Of a stretch of DNA of 64,000 bases, positions 9,801 through 18,900 are shown in pieces. Numbering within the stretch: position 1 is the first letter of the stretch; the number at the start of each line of letters is the position of its first letter. A program made the translations under genes and the position numbers. The notes below the pieces were generated by a model. The model made no database searches. It was given only the letters and a program-made list of their open reading frames with translations, and was not told the origin of the DNA. Source of the stretch: Verrucomicrobiaceae bacterium (GTDB lineage: Bacteria; Verrucomicrobiota; Verrucomicrobiia; Chthoniobacterales; Chthoniobacteraceae); contig JANMGP010000353.1 of the NCBI GenBank assembly GCA_031374705.1, positions 11,099 to 75,098 of the forward strand, given 5' to 3'.

Positions 9801-12218
9801 GCAGACGGTGAATTTTTGCTCCAGCCTGAACTCATCGCGGGTGCTGCGCTGACGGGGAGGTACTTCACAACTGCGACGCCCCGGTCGGCGAATGGCGCGG
9901 GCTACAGCGGGTTCACGGGAGACACTTCGTTTTCGATAAAGCGCGGGTTCTACGACACGCCCCAGACAGTCGCGATCACCTGCGCCACGCCCGGCGCGGT
10001 TATCGCATACACCACCGATGGCACCGATCCATCGCCTGCGAATGGCACGCAGACCACATCACCCGCGACTGTCTCCGTAAACACCACGACCATCCTGCGG
10101 GCGACTGCGTTTGCCCCCGATCTCGCACCGGCAAACATCGACACGCACACTTATCTGTTTGTGAATGCCGTCGCCGCCCAGACCCGCCCGGCAAGCCTCG
10201 GGGCGACATGGCCGACCGGGCAGCCGACCGATTTCGAAATGGACCCACGCGTTTACTCCGGGGCGCTGTCCGGCTACTCGGTGCGTGAGGGATTGCTCTC
10301 GATTCCAACGCTCAGCATTACCGTCGCGCCTGACGGACTGTGGAGCGCGGCGAACGGAATCTACTCACTTTCCAGCGGGCGCGGCAGCACGTACGAGCGC
10401 GTGGCGAGCGCCGAGTATCTTGTGCCGGGCCAGCCGCTGGCGGGGTTTCACACGCGATTTGGATTGCGCATGCACGGGAACATCTCGCGCGACAAAGGCT
10501 TCACGCCGAAGCACAGCTTCGCGATGTTTTTCCGCGGCGACTACGGCGATGCGCGGCTCAACTATGACCTTTTTGGCGGCGGCGTGGACAAGTTCGACGA
10601 ACTCATCCTTCGGGCTGGCAGCACCGACACTTGGGCCTGTGTCGAGTGGGGTCAGGTCGGCATCGGTCCCGGCGGATCACTCGCGTATCGCTGGCTTCGT
10701 CCATGGTCGAGTTTTGTTCGCGATGAATGGGTTCGCGAAACATTGCTCGCCATGCAGCAGCCATCGCCGCGCGGGCGATTCGTCCACCTTTATCTCAACG
10801 GCATTTACTGGGGAATTTATAATGTCGCCGAGCATCCGGATGACGATTTCTGCGCCGACACGATTGGCGGCGATTCGGGAGACTGGGACACGCTCAAGGA
10901 CTTTGCGGAGGTGGATAGCGGCGACCTCACTGTGTGGAATCAACTCATCTCGCTGGCCGGTGCCGGGCTCGCCACCGATGCGCAGTATCAGCGACTGCTC
11001 GGTCGCAACGCCGACGGTTCGCTGAATCCGTCGTACAACGTCCTGCTGAACGAGGATAGTCTCATCGATTACATGCTGCTGCACATTTTCATCGGTGCGG
11101 ATGACTGGCCGAATCACAACTGGTGGGCGGGCCGCAAATCGCGCGGCGCTACGCCCGGCGACGGCTTCCGTTTTTTCCCGTGGGATCAGGAGATTTCGAA
11201 TGAGAATCACACCTATCAATTGAGTTCGTGGGGTTACGTTTATCAGGATGCGAACGCGGCAAATACGCCCACACAGATCTACTACGCGGCGCGCAGCAAT
11301 GCGGAGTTTCGCCGACGGTTCGCGGACCGGATTCAGCGTCACATGTTCAATGGCGGTGCGCTTTCCCAGTCGGCCAACGTCGCGCGATGGGGCGCGCTCA
11401 CTGGACAGATCGATAAAGCCGTCGTCGCGGAAAGCGCACGATGGGGCGACTACCAGCGTCCCGCGCAGCCTTACACTCGGGAGACTGACTGGCTCTCTCA
11501 CCTTGCGTATATGAACGGCACTTACTGGCCGAACATCCACAGTTCAGCTCTCGCGCGGCTGACTGCCGCCGGTCTGTGGTCAACGACTGTCGCGCCGGCG
11601 TTCAGCCCGTTTGGTGGTGCGGTGCCGATCACTCACACGCTCACACTCACAAACCCGAACGGCAACGGCGCGCTCCTATACACGACCAACGGCGCCGACC
11701 CGCGCGCAATCGGCGGCGGCATTGCTGCAGGGGCGCTCTCTTATTCCTCGGCAATTACGGTGAATACCCCGCTGACGGTGAAAGCCCGCGTCCGCACGTC
11801 CGGCGGTGTGTGGAGTCCGATGGCCGAGGCAGCATTCACCATCATCCTCGACAGCGACAATGACGGGCTCGGTGACGCGTGGGAACTCGCAAACGGATTC
11901 GCGATCGGGCCGAATGAATCCGCCCTGGATTCCGATGGCGACGGTCACAGCAACCTTCTCGAATACCGCGCCGGGACCGACCCACGCAGCGCCGGCAGCG
12001 TGTTGAGATTTGACAGCATGACAAGCGTTGCAGGCACGATCACTTTTACGTTCCAGGCCCGCGCTTCGCGAGCGTACACGCTACAGCGCAGCGCGGACCT
12101 GACGACTTGGACCGACATCGCGACTCACGCAGCGCAGTCAACGGATCACCCGGCGACGTTCACCGACGCCGTGAGCGGCGAAAAGCAATTCTACAGAATG
12201 CTGCCAACGGTGCCGTGA
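6885..12218 (+). CDS. giant secreted multidomain protein: 2x F5/8 type C (discoidin), Ig-like, lamin-tail domain (LTD), LamG, CBM-like, chitobiase/Hex C-terminal-like, CotH kinase-like, TSP3-like Ca-binding repeats
   Basis: 1777-aa ORF with an N-terminal hydrophobic segment (LVALVCALMMLAGGIAAP). Discoidin motifs: FWEVDLG...FAEMEVWG and FWEVDLG...FTELEVFG. LTD: SEFMADNAGGLRDQDGASSDWIEIYNPGPTPVNMNGWFLTD. LamG-type: VDDFVMWDSALSPAEI. CotH-type: FGLRMHGNISRDKGFTPKHSFAMFFRGDYGD ... YMLLHIFIGADDWPNHNWW. Ca-binding repeats: DSDNDGLGDAWE and DSDGDGHSNLLEYRAGTDP. Confidence 0.85.
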   Translation: MKCSNPDATFSHPRLSRTTLFLVCTGWCGLSKWLVALVCALMMLAGGIAAPTVSNLAPTGVPTGSSIYTGAPPSQFTDGSDGNRDGQYFSGLSVFHSAIPETSPPTFWEVDLGASYRLDRVMIWPRTDAAQSTVENFRIVVRDNTNVVVWQQSFLPTSAVNTVWGTSAMRGVTGRRVRIERLDQAPNFITFAEMEVWGSAQDVPPNLALNKPVTASPSGFGTAPASGNDGKLDGNYTLPGNPIYHSAGAGAGQFWEVDLGQDRPIDYVTIFNRTDGATTTGVRLKVRSASGMEVYAATLGDISSNVIVRGGVQFDTTHDIPGVVTGRYVRIETTLAQYLAFTELEVFGPVADTLPPTLAATDPVAGTLLAELANAEVTFSEAVTGVNAADLRVNGVAASFVTPLAPDRYAFVFAQPANGVVNFTWVAGHGITDAAGNPFGGAGWSVTLNTALPAPKPIISEFMADNAGGLRDQDGASSDWIEIYNPGPTPVNMNGWFLTDFAVIPAKWRIPTLVIPAGNRVIIFASGKDRAIAGAELHTSFKMKKEGGYVALVKPDQSTVASAWTYGPQRQNASYGVGAALDGTPLVAIGAAVKWRIPTGTIAGWETVGFNETGWTNGTLGLGFDQNPGGGGLLGFWNFNNAANPASAADASGNGFSGTVIGAAYTADGGGRTGAAGDRAISFAGTGSMSVAAAAAGAFDSSATNNAVSVSLWVNGNAAVQPSGDFLFYAGANSDGSGERVLGAHLPWSDSVIYWDTGCCDPSLNRIFIGEPNPARWEGQWNHYVFLKNGNTKEIWQNGTLLHSAQNTANFGTFRSLMLGGATGGGGYHGLVDDFVMWDSALSPAEIAAIAAGGSPLAARRLTPYISSDAAGQMRNVNASVYARVHFDVANPAVLDVLLLRMRYDDGFVAYLNGVEVARRNAPGTPVFNSVASITRPGGAAFMVEEFDISAYAPLLVAGDNVLAFQGLNSSAADGEFLLQPELIAGAALTGRYFTTATPRSANGAGYSGFTGDTSFSIKRGFYDTPQTVAITCATPGAVIAYTTDGTDPSPANGTQTTSPATVSVNTTTILRATAFAPDLAPANIDTHTYLFVNAVAAQTRPASLGATWPTGQPTDFEMDPRVYSGALSGYSVREGLLSIPTLSITVAPDGLWSAANGIYSLSSGRGSTYERVASAEYLVPGQPLAGFHTRFGLRMHGNISRDKGFTPKHSFAMFFRGDYGDARLNYDLFGGGVDKFDELILRAGSTDTWACVEWGQVGIGPGGSLAYRWLRPWSSFVRDEWVRETLLAMQQPSPRGRFVHLYLNGIYWGIYNVAEHPDDDFCADTIGGDSGDWDTLKDFAEVDSGDLTVWNQLISLAGAGLATDAQYQRLLGRNADGSLNPSYNVLLNEDSLIDYMLLHIFIGADDWPNHNWWAGRKSRGATPGDGFRFFPWDQEISNENHTYQLSSWGYVYQDANAANTPTQIYYAARSNAEFRRRFADRIQRHMFNGGALSQSANVARWGALTGQIDKAVVAESARWGDYQRPAQPYTRETDWLSHLAYMNGTYWPNIHSSALARLTAAGLWSTTVAPAFSPFGGAVPITHTLTLTNPNGNGALLYTTNGADPRAIGGGIAAGALSYSSAITVNTPLTVKARVRTSGGVWSPMAEAAFTIILDSDNDGLGDAWELANGFAIGPNESALDSDGDGHSNLLEYRAGTDPRSAGSVLRFDSMTSVAGTITFTFQARASRAYTLQRSADLTTWTDIATHAAQSTDHPATFTDAVSGEKQFYRMLPTVP

Positions 12219-12289
12219 AGGTGGGGGCTTACGAATGACGAATGACGAAGCCGCACGGGTGCTGTCGTGGCTCCTTGCGTGCTCGGCCG

Positions 12290-13867
12290 CTAGTCCCGGT
12301 CAGGGTCGAGAGGCTTGGCGGGAGCGGGCTTTGCGCCGGGCGGCTTTGGGTCGGCGGGTTTTGGATCTGCTGGTTTCGGCTCGGCCGGCTTGGGCTCCAC
12401 GGGCTTCGGCGCGGCAGGCTTCACTTCCGTTGACTTGACCTCGGCGGGTTTCACCGGGGTCGCGTCGTCCGGTTTGTCGGATTGATCGGGCTTCAGGAAA
12501 ATGCGGCCTTCCTTGTAGTTGATGACGCCGTCGAGCTGGCGGAGGAAATCTGCGCCGAAGATTGCGTCGTGATTGCTTTTGCCGCCGTAAGACGGACGAT
12601 CTTTTTCCAGGTCCGCCGCCATGAGGACACGGTTTGTGATCACAGCGTCGCCCATTTTCATCAGCGCGACTTTCGCGTCGGCTGCGGGAGCTTCGCCGCC
12701 GATGCCGACGATGGTGCGGTTCATCGGACCAACTTCGATTCCCGCGCTCTTGGCGAACGCGAGATGGAACACGCCGCCGTGTGCGCCTGTGTCGATAAGA
12801 AATGTGGCCTTCAAAGTATTGACCATCCCGTCCACGAGGATGTGGTTGCCATCGAGCCGGTATTCGAAGGACTGGTAGTTGCGGAGCTCGAGCAGTTCCT
12901 TGGTGGTGAGTGTGCGCCACTCGGGATTCTTGGCGAGCTGATCGCGGAGCTTGTCCCACTTGGCCACGATGTCTTTGTCCACATCCGAGAGACGGTCGAT
13001 GGCCAACGGCGTGACCTGCCCGTTTTGCAGCCGGAAGAAGGCCTGGGTCTCGTTCTTGTCGTGGAGGGCTGCGACGAACTGCTTGTTGTCGGAGGTCGTC
13101 CAGCGCTTGAATTCAGCCATCGCAGCCTGCGGACTTCCCGCAGCGGGTTTGGGCGCGGCGGATTTGATGTTCTCAGGTTTGAGGAACATGCGGCCTTCCC
13201 GGTAGCTGATGACGGCATCGAGTTCGCGGAGGTAGTCGGCACCGAAGATAGCGTCGAACTGCTGTCCCCCGCCGACGCGTGACATGTCGGTGGCCAGAAC
13301 GCGGCGATTTTCAATCACGGCATCGCCAAGTTTGAGCAATGTGAATTTGCTGACTGCCGCCATCGCTTTGCCGCCGACACCGTAGATTTCTTGATTCATC
13401 TCACCGATTTCGAGGCCTGCGCTTTTCGCAGCCTCGAGGTGGATGAGCGAGGTTTGTGCGCCGGTATCGACCATCAGCTTGAGCTTCTTCCCGTTCATTT
13501 CGCCTTCGATGAAGATGTGGTTTCCATTGATGTCGAATTCGAACGACTGGTAGCCGCGGAGTTCGAGAAGCTCCCGCACAGTCAGTTTGGAAAACTCAGA
13601 GTTGTTCAGGAGTTGCTCCTTGAACTTCGTCCACTTGCGGACGAACTGCTGGTCGGGCAGGCTCAAGTCTCGAATGAGCAGGTTCGCCGCCTGGCCATTT
13701 TGCAGGCGGAGCGAGACGCCTGCGTCGGTTTTCGCGGTGACGGCGCCGTAGAAGTTCTTGCCGTCGCGTGTTTGGAAACGGCGGAATGCGGCGGCTTCCT
13801 GGGCGTGTGTTGTGAGGCTGATTGAGCCAAAAACGAGGGCTGCAATGATGGTCGAATGAAGTTTCAT
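12290..13867 (-). CDS. secreted protein with two tandem [SHD1-like + retropepsin-like aspartic protease] modules and a Pro/Lys-rich tail
   Basis: Signal peptide MKLHSTIIAALVFGSISLTTHAQE. Two DTG active-site motifs: LMVDTGAQTS (D134, about nt 13468) and FLIDTGAHGG (D359, about nt 12793). Each is followed by an IFGADYL / IFGADFL flap-region motif. Each is preceded by a FxTRDGKxF / WTTSDNKQF SHD1-like segment. The C-terminus carries PKPVEPKPAEPKPADPKPADPKP repeats. Confidence 0.8.
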   Translation of the reverse strand: MKLHSTIIAALVFGSISLTTHAQEAAAFRRFQTRDGKNFYGAVTAKTDAGVSLRLQNGQAANLLIRDLSLPDQQFVRKWTKFKEQLLNNSEFSKLTVRELLELRGYQSFEFDINGNHIFIEGEMNGKKLKLMVDTGAQTSLIHLEAAKSAGLEIGEMNQEIYGVGGKAMAAVSKFTLLKLGDAVIENRRVLATDMSRVGGGQQFDAIFGADYLRELDAVISYREGRMFLKPENIKSAAPKPAAGSPQAAMAEFKRWTTSDNKQFVAALHDKNETQAFFRLQNGQVTPLAIDRLSDVDKDIVAKWDKLRDQLAKNPEWRTLTTKELLELRNYQSFEYRLDGNHILVDGMVNTLKATFLIDTGAHGGVFHLAFAKSAGIEVGPMNRTIVGIGGEAPAADAKVALMKMGDAVITNRVLMAADLEKDRPSYGGKSNHDAIFGADFLRQLDGVINYKEGRIFLKPDQSDKPDDATPVKPAEVKSTEVKPAAPKPVEPKPAEPKPADPKPADPKPPGAKPAPAKPLDPDRD

Positions 13868-13967
13868 AGCGGGTTATTTGTGACGGTGTAGGCACGTTCC
13901 GGGACATGCGCAAGCCTCGGAAAAATGTTGGACACGGGGCGGGCGCGCACTTTTACTTCAGCCACAT

Positions 13968-15239
13968 ATGAAAAAAGCTCCCGGACTGATTATCGCTCTC
14001 GTATCCATTTTTGCCACGGCGCACGCACTTGAGCCCCGCACGTGGGTCGTGATGGATGGCCGGACCATCGAAGGCACGCTCGTCAAGACCCAGGGCAACG
14101 CTGTCATCATCCTCGACAAGGATTCCAAGCAGCTCCAGCTCGACAAATCGTGGCTGAGCATCGGCGACAACGATTACGTGAAAGAGTTTTCGCCCGAGGT
14201 GAAGTCCGGTTTTTCCGCGACGCAGGCTGTGGCGCTGCCGGTCCCCGCGAAGCTCGCGAAGGTGGACACGAAGCTCTTCAAGCCCAAGGCCGGCACAATC
14301 TCGATTCCTGCCGCGACGTTCGACATTCTGGAGACTCCTCATTTCAAGGTGATGTATATGAAGGGTGGTGCCGCGGAGGACATGGGTGAAATCGCCGAGC
14401 GCATGTGGGTGGATGCGGCGTTTTTCCACGCCACGTTCATGCAAACATTCGGCAAGGAGAAGATGGCAATTTTCATCGCGCCTGACGACTCCATCTACGA
14501 CGGAATCGGCGCATGGTACGCGGAACTGCTCAACAAATCCGGCAATGTCGAACCGGCGAACCACGTGGCCGCCACATGGCCCAAGAGCGCCGCAGGAAGC
14601 ATGACGCTCCCGGTGGAGGTCGCCCGCGACAACGGCCTGCTTCAGCATGCGCGGGTCTTTCGCGGTTACAGAAAGACGTCCGCCGACGCCAAGCGCACCG
14701 AGGCCATCAAGGGCGTGTGGGTGCCTTTTTATGTGCACTGCCTCGCCGGCGACATGATCAATATTCAAGCAGGCGGAATTTCGCGCTTCGGCGCGAAGGG
14801 CTGGTTTTCCCTTTCGACGGGACACAGCTACTACAAGGAAATCGGCCTGACCGGGAAATCCGAAACCAACCTGCTCAGCTCGCGAAGCGCCAGCGGCAAC
14901 GACGTGAATACTACCGGCGGATTCAAGGACAGCCGGAACTGGGCGACCGAACTCAAGAAGCTCGTGCGTAAGGGTGACGTGAAGCCGACGCTCGATGTTC
15001 TTTACGCGATGGAGGCAAATTCCGCCGACGAAAAAGGCATCGCGCTCACGTATGCATTCGCACGTTATCTGGAGAGCACGCTGCCGAGGCTGTCCGCCTT
15101 TAGCAAACTCGCGCAACGCATCAGCACCTCCAACCAGATGCCCGATCAGGAAACGCTCGCGAAGCTCTACGGCTTCGACACCGCCGCGGCGCTCGAGGCG
15201 GATTTCCTCAAGTATCTCACCGGTACCGAATTCCGGTAG
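13968..15239 (+). CDS. secreted hypothetical protein with N-terminal SHD1-like module
   Basis: Signal peptide MKKAPGLIIALVSIFATAHA. RTWVVMDGRTIEGTLVKTQGNAVIILDKDSKQLQLDKSWLSIGDNDYVKEF resembles the SHD1-like modules of the divergent neighbour. The remaining ~320 aa are unrecognised and contain no HExxH. Confidence 0.6.
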   Translation: MKKAPGLIIALVSIFATAHALEPRTWVVMDGRTIEGTLVKTQGNAVIILDKDSKQLQLDKSWLSIGDNDYVKEFSPEVKSGFSATQAVALPVPAKLAKVDTKLFKPKAGTISIPAATFDILETPHFKVMYMKGGAAEDMGEIAERMWVDAAFFHATFMQTFGKEKMAIFIAPDDSIYDGIGAWYAELLNKSGNVEPANHVAATWPKSAAGSMTLPVEVARDNGLLQHARVFRGYRKTSADAKRTEAIKGVWVPFYVHCLAGDMINIQAGGISRFGAKGWFSLSTGHSYYKEIGLTGKSETNLLSSRSASGNDVNTTGGFKDSRNWATELKKLVRKGDVKPTLDVLYAMEANSADEKGIALTYAFARYLESTLPRLSAFSKLAQRISTSNQMPDQETLAKLYGFDTAAALEADFLKYLTGTEFR

Positions 15240-15251
15240 GAGTCAGCAGGC

Positions 15252-15734
15252 CTACGCTGTAGCGGCCTTCGCCAGCGTCGCTGTGGTGCTTTTGCCCGGC
15301 ACGAGCGGGAGGATGTCGATGCGCGTCCCTGCTTCCTCCAGCGCACCGCGCTCGCCGGGATCGAGTGTTGCGATCGTGTAATCGCCGCCTTTTGCGTAAA
15401 CGTGCGGACGGATTTCCCGGACGATGTCGGTCACCCGTTCGGTGTGGAAGACCACGACAAAATCGACGCACTCCAGCCCGGCAAGCACTTCCGCGCGGTC
15501 GAGTTCGTTATTGATCGGCCGAGTCGGTCCCTTGAGCGCGCGTACGCTTGCATCGCCATTCACCGCGACGACCAGCGCATCGCCGAGCGCCCGCGCCTGC
15601 TGCAAATAACGGACGTGGCCCACATGCAAAATGTCGAAGCATCCGTTCGTAAAAACGAGTGACTTCCCGGCGTTTCCGAGTGTAGTGCGAATTGCGGAAA
15701 GTTCGGCGACGGTTTTGAGTTTCTCTAGCGACAT
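15252..15734 (-). CDS. hldC: D-glycero-beta-D-manno-heptose 1-phosphate adenylyltransferase (RfaE domain II, stand-alone)
   Basis: ORF 15252..15929 trimmed to ATG 15734 (MSLEKLKT...). Cytidylyltransferase motif FTNGCFDILHVGHVRYL. The 160-aa length is typical of this family. Confidence 0.8.
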   Translation of the reverse strand: MSLEKLKTVAELSAIRTTLGNAGKSLVFTNGCFDILHVGHVRYLQQARALGDALVVAVNGDASVRALKGPTRPINNELDRAEVLAGLECVDFVVVFHTERVTDIVREIRPHVYAKGGDYTIATLDPGERGALEEAGTRIDILPLVPGKSTTATLAKAATA

Positions 15735-15911
15735 GGCTCCCGACGCTGGCGGGATGCAGGCTGTGGAGCAAGTCAATCGTCTCCTGTTTTCCGTTTCACC
15801 AAACCGGCACATTCCGGACTTCGCGCCTTGCGAATTTCGGACGGACGGGTTGTCATTCGAAATGCAGGAGATCGCGCCCGTAACGCGAAAACCTTGCACC
15901 ATTTTGCGATT

Positions 15912-18900
15912 ATGAACCACGCATTTCACCTCTCCCGCCGCCGCGCGCGCTTTCTTTCCGTCGGCATCGCGTCATTGATCGCCGCCAGCGGGGCCGCGCA
16001 CGCTCAGACATTTACATGGAGCGGAGCCGGCGGCAGCGGAAGTTGGGCGGCTGGCGCGAACTGGGGCGGTCCTGCTCCGGACGGAGGAGGGGATGACATT
16101 TTGCAGTTTGGCGGAACGACCCAGCTCGCGACATCGAATGACCTAATCAACTGGTCCGGCACGCAACTGCAGTTCCTCGCCGGAGCGGGGATTTTCACTA
16201 TTGCGGGCAGTCCAATCACCGTGGAGGGATCCGGAGGAGCAGCGGGAATCCTGGATAGCGCTTCGACGAATACTGCGACAATTACGGCGGTACTCGCGGG
16301 TGCGGGCGGAATCCGGAAATCCGGAACTGGAACCATCATTCTCGGTGGCGCAGCGGCCAACACTTACGCGGGAACACTGATCGTGGATGGCGGGAGAATT
16401 ACCCTCGGAAAATCCGCCGGCAATGCGGTCACTGGCGACCTGATTGTGAACACGGGAGCGTCCGTGATTTACGCGACAAACGCCGGGAACACCGGGCTTG
16501 TAACAAACCAAATTGCGGACACAGCGAACATCACCGTTTCAGGTGGTGCGTTCGGCGACTATCCCGCTCAAGGAACGAATCCCACAAACACGGGTGCCAC
16601 GGAAACAGCCGCGAATTTGAGCGTCAGTGCGGGAACGTTTAGCACAGGCCGCGCGGTCTTCACCTTGACCTCCGCGGTGACGGTTTCCGGCGGCCTTGCG
16701 TATGCTCATCGCGGCGGCACGATTACTGCCACTTCGGTGACGGTTTCAGGACCGGGCTCCATCGGGATGGATGGAGGCAGCACCACTGCTGCGAACTACA
16801 GCCGAATCACAGTCGGAGCCGGAGGTCTCACGCTGAATGACGGAAACATCAACTTCAACGTCATCCGGGGCACATCGACTGCGGGTACCTCGGTAGGTAG
16901 TGTACTCACCCTGAATGGGAATGTCGTTTCGACCGGAGTGAGCGCGTTCAACCGTTTTCATACGGAGCTTACCGTAGGGCTCGCGCGTGTGGATCTTGGT
17001 GGCGGAATCCGCACTTTCGATGTGGCCGGAACTTTGACTTCCGGCACGACCGCGGCACCGGTGATTTTCAACAACGGTGGATTGAACAAGGCCGGGGCGG
17101 GGGCTCTCGTGCTTCCCGGCGCGCAAACCTACACAGGGGCGACAACCATAACCACGGGGACTTTGCAAGCGACAGGCTCAATGCTCAGTCCAGTGACCGT
17201 CAGTGGCGGAATCTATGCCCTTTCCGGGAGCACCACGACTGCCACCACCGTCAACGCCGGCACGTTCAATCTCACCGGCACGGCTGCGGCAGTGAACATC
17301 AACAATGGTGGCGTTCTCACGGGCAACGGCAGCATCTCCGGCGTCCTCACTGCGGCGGTCGGTTCCATCCTGAACCCCGGTGCAAACGGCGCGGGTATTC
17401 TCACTGCAAACAGCCTGTCTTTTTCCGGAAGTGCTGCACTCAATGTGACGACTGCTTCGTCGATCACCATCGGCGGGGCGAACCAGTTTTTTGTGAACGG
17501 CGGAGCGAATTCCGTGACAATCCATATCGGCGGAGCGGCGGTAGTCGGCACGTATCCGCTCTTCGACTACGCAGGAGCCATTCTCGGCACGGGCGCTGGA
17601 TTCAATGCTTTCACTCTTGGTAATCTGCCGCGTCGCGTGATCGCGAGTCTCGTCGATAATTCGGGCGCGACGCGCGTGGATGTTTCCGTCACCGGAATCG
17701 ACGTGCCCGAGTGGACCGGACTTGCCGGGACCGAATGGAGCACCTCGCTCATCGCGAACCCAAAGAACTGGCGGACCAGAATCAGCGGGACTCCGGACGA
17801 TTTTGTCACGGCGGACCCTGTGGCGTTCACCGATCTTCCCGGCTCGAACCAAATCGTGGACATCAGTGTTGCTGACGTGAGCCCGGTCTCCGTGAGTTTC
17901 GAAAACTCCGCACGCGATTACACAATCACCGGCACCCACGGTATCGCTGGTGCGACCAGCGTCGTGAAGTCGGGTGCTGCCTCGGTGACTATCAGTAACA
18001 CGAACAGTTTCACCGGAAACTTCACGATCAATGCCGGCACGGTCCGTGTCGCGGCAATCTCTGCGGCTGGCTCGAGCGGCAGCCTCGGGAGCGGTAACGA
18101 CATCGTTTTTGGCGGTGGAACGCTTGAGTTTACTTCGCCGGCGGGAGCCACGAATCGCGGTGTTGTTTTGAATGGAACCGGCGGCTCTGTCCGGACAGCG
18201 GCCGGCAATTCGCTGACACTCTCCGGAGCGATTTCCGGCAGCGGCACCCTCACAAAGGTGGGAGCTGGAACGGTCATCATATCCAATTCCAACAACACCT
18301 TTGCCGCCACAAAGGTGGACGAAGGCGTTCTCCAATTGGGTGATGGTGGTGCCACAGGCACGTTTGGCTCTGGGATTGTCACGAACAATGCACTTGTCGC
18401 TTACGATATTGAGGGAGCCGTCCCGACCGTGATCACCGGTCCGGGGCGTTTGGAAAAGCGTGGCACGACCACCACGACGATCACCGGCGCAACTGCAAAT
18501 ACTTACACCGGTCTCACCACCATTGTCGCCGGCACGCTCATCGCAGGCAAAACCGCGGGTATCGATGCCATCTCGGGCGACCTGCAGGTAGGGAGCGGCG
18601 CATTCTTCCGATTCGCTGGAAACAACACGAGCAACCAGATCGCCGATACATCATCGGTAACGGTGAACGGTGGCACGTTTGGCGACGTGACTGCGGTCGG
18701 CGTGAACCCGACCAATCCCGGTGCCGCGGAAACCGTGGCTAACTTTACGCTCAACGGCGGCAACTTCAGCACCGGCCGAGCGACCTTCACGACGACGGGC
18801 CTTTTTAAAGTGACCGGTGGCGTCGCGCTCGCGCACCGTGGCGGCATCATTTCCGCGCATGCAGCGGAGGTGAGCGGGGGCTCCATCGACCTCGATGGCA

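Noticed and set aside
15735-15929. N-terminal extensions in several track ORFs (for example 15252..15929, 22317..23801, 46104..47381, 47099..47986, 35360..36388)
   Set aside because: The extensions lack family similarity, overlap neighbouring genes or promoters, and often begin at TTG/GTG. Starts were moved to the first codon consistent with the conserved N-terminus.
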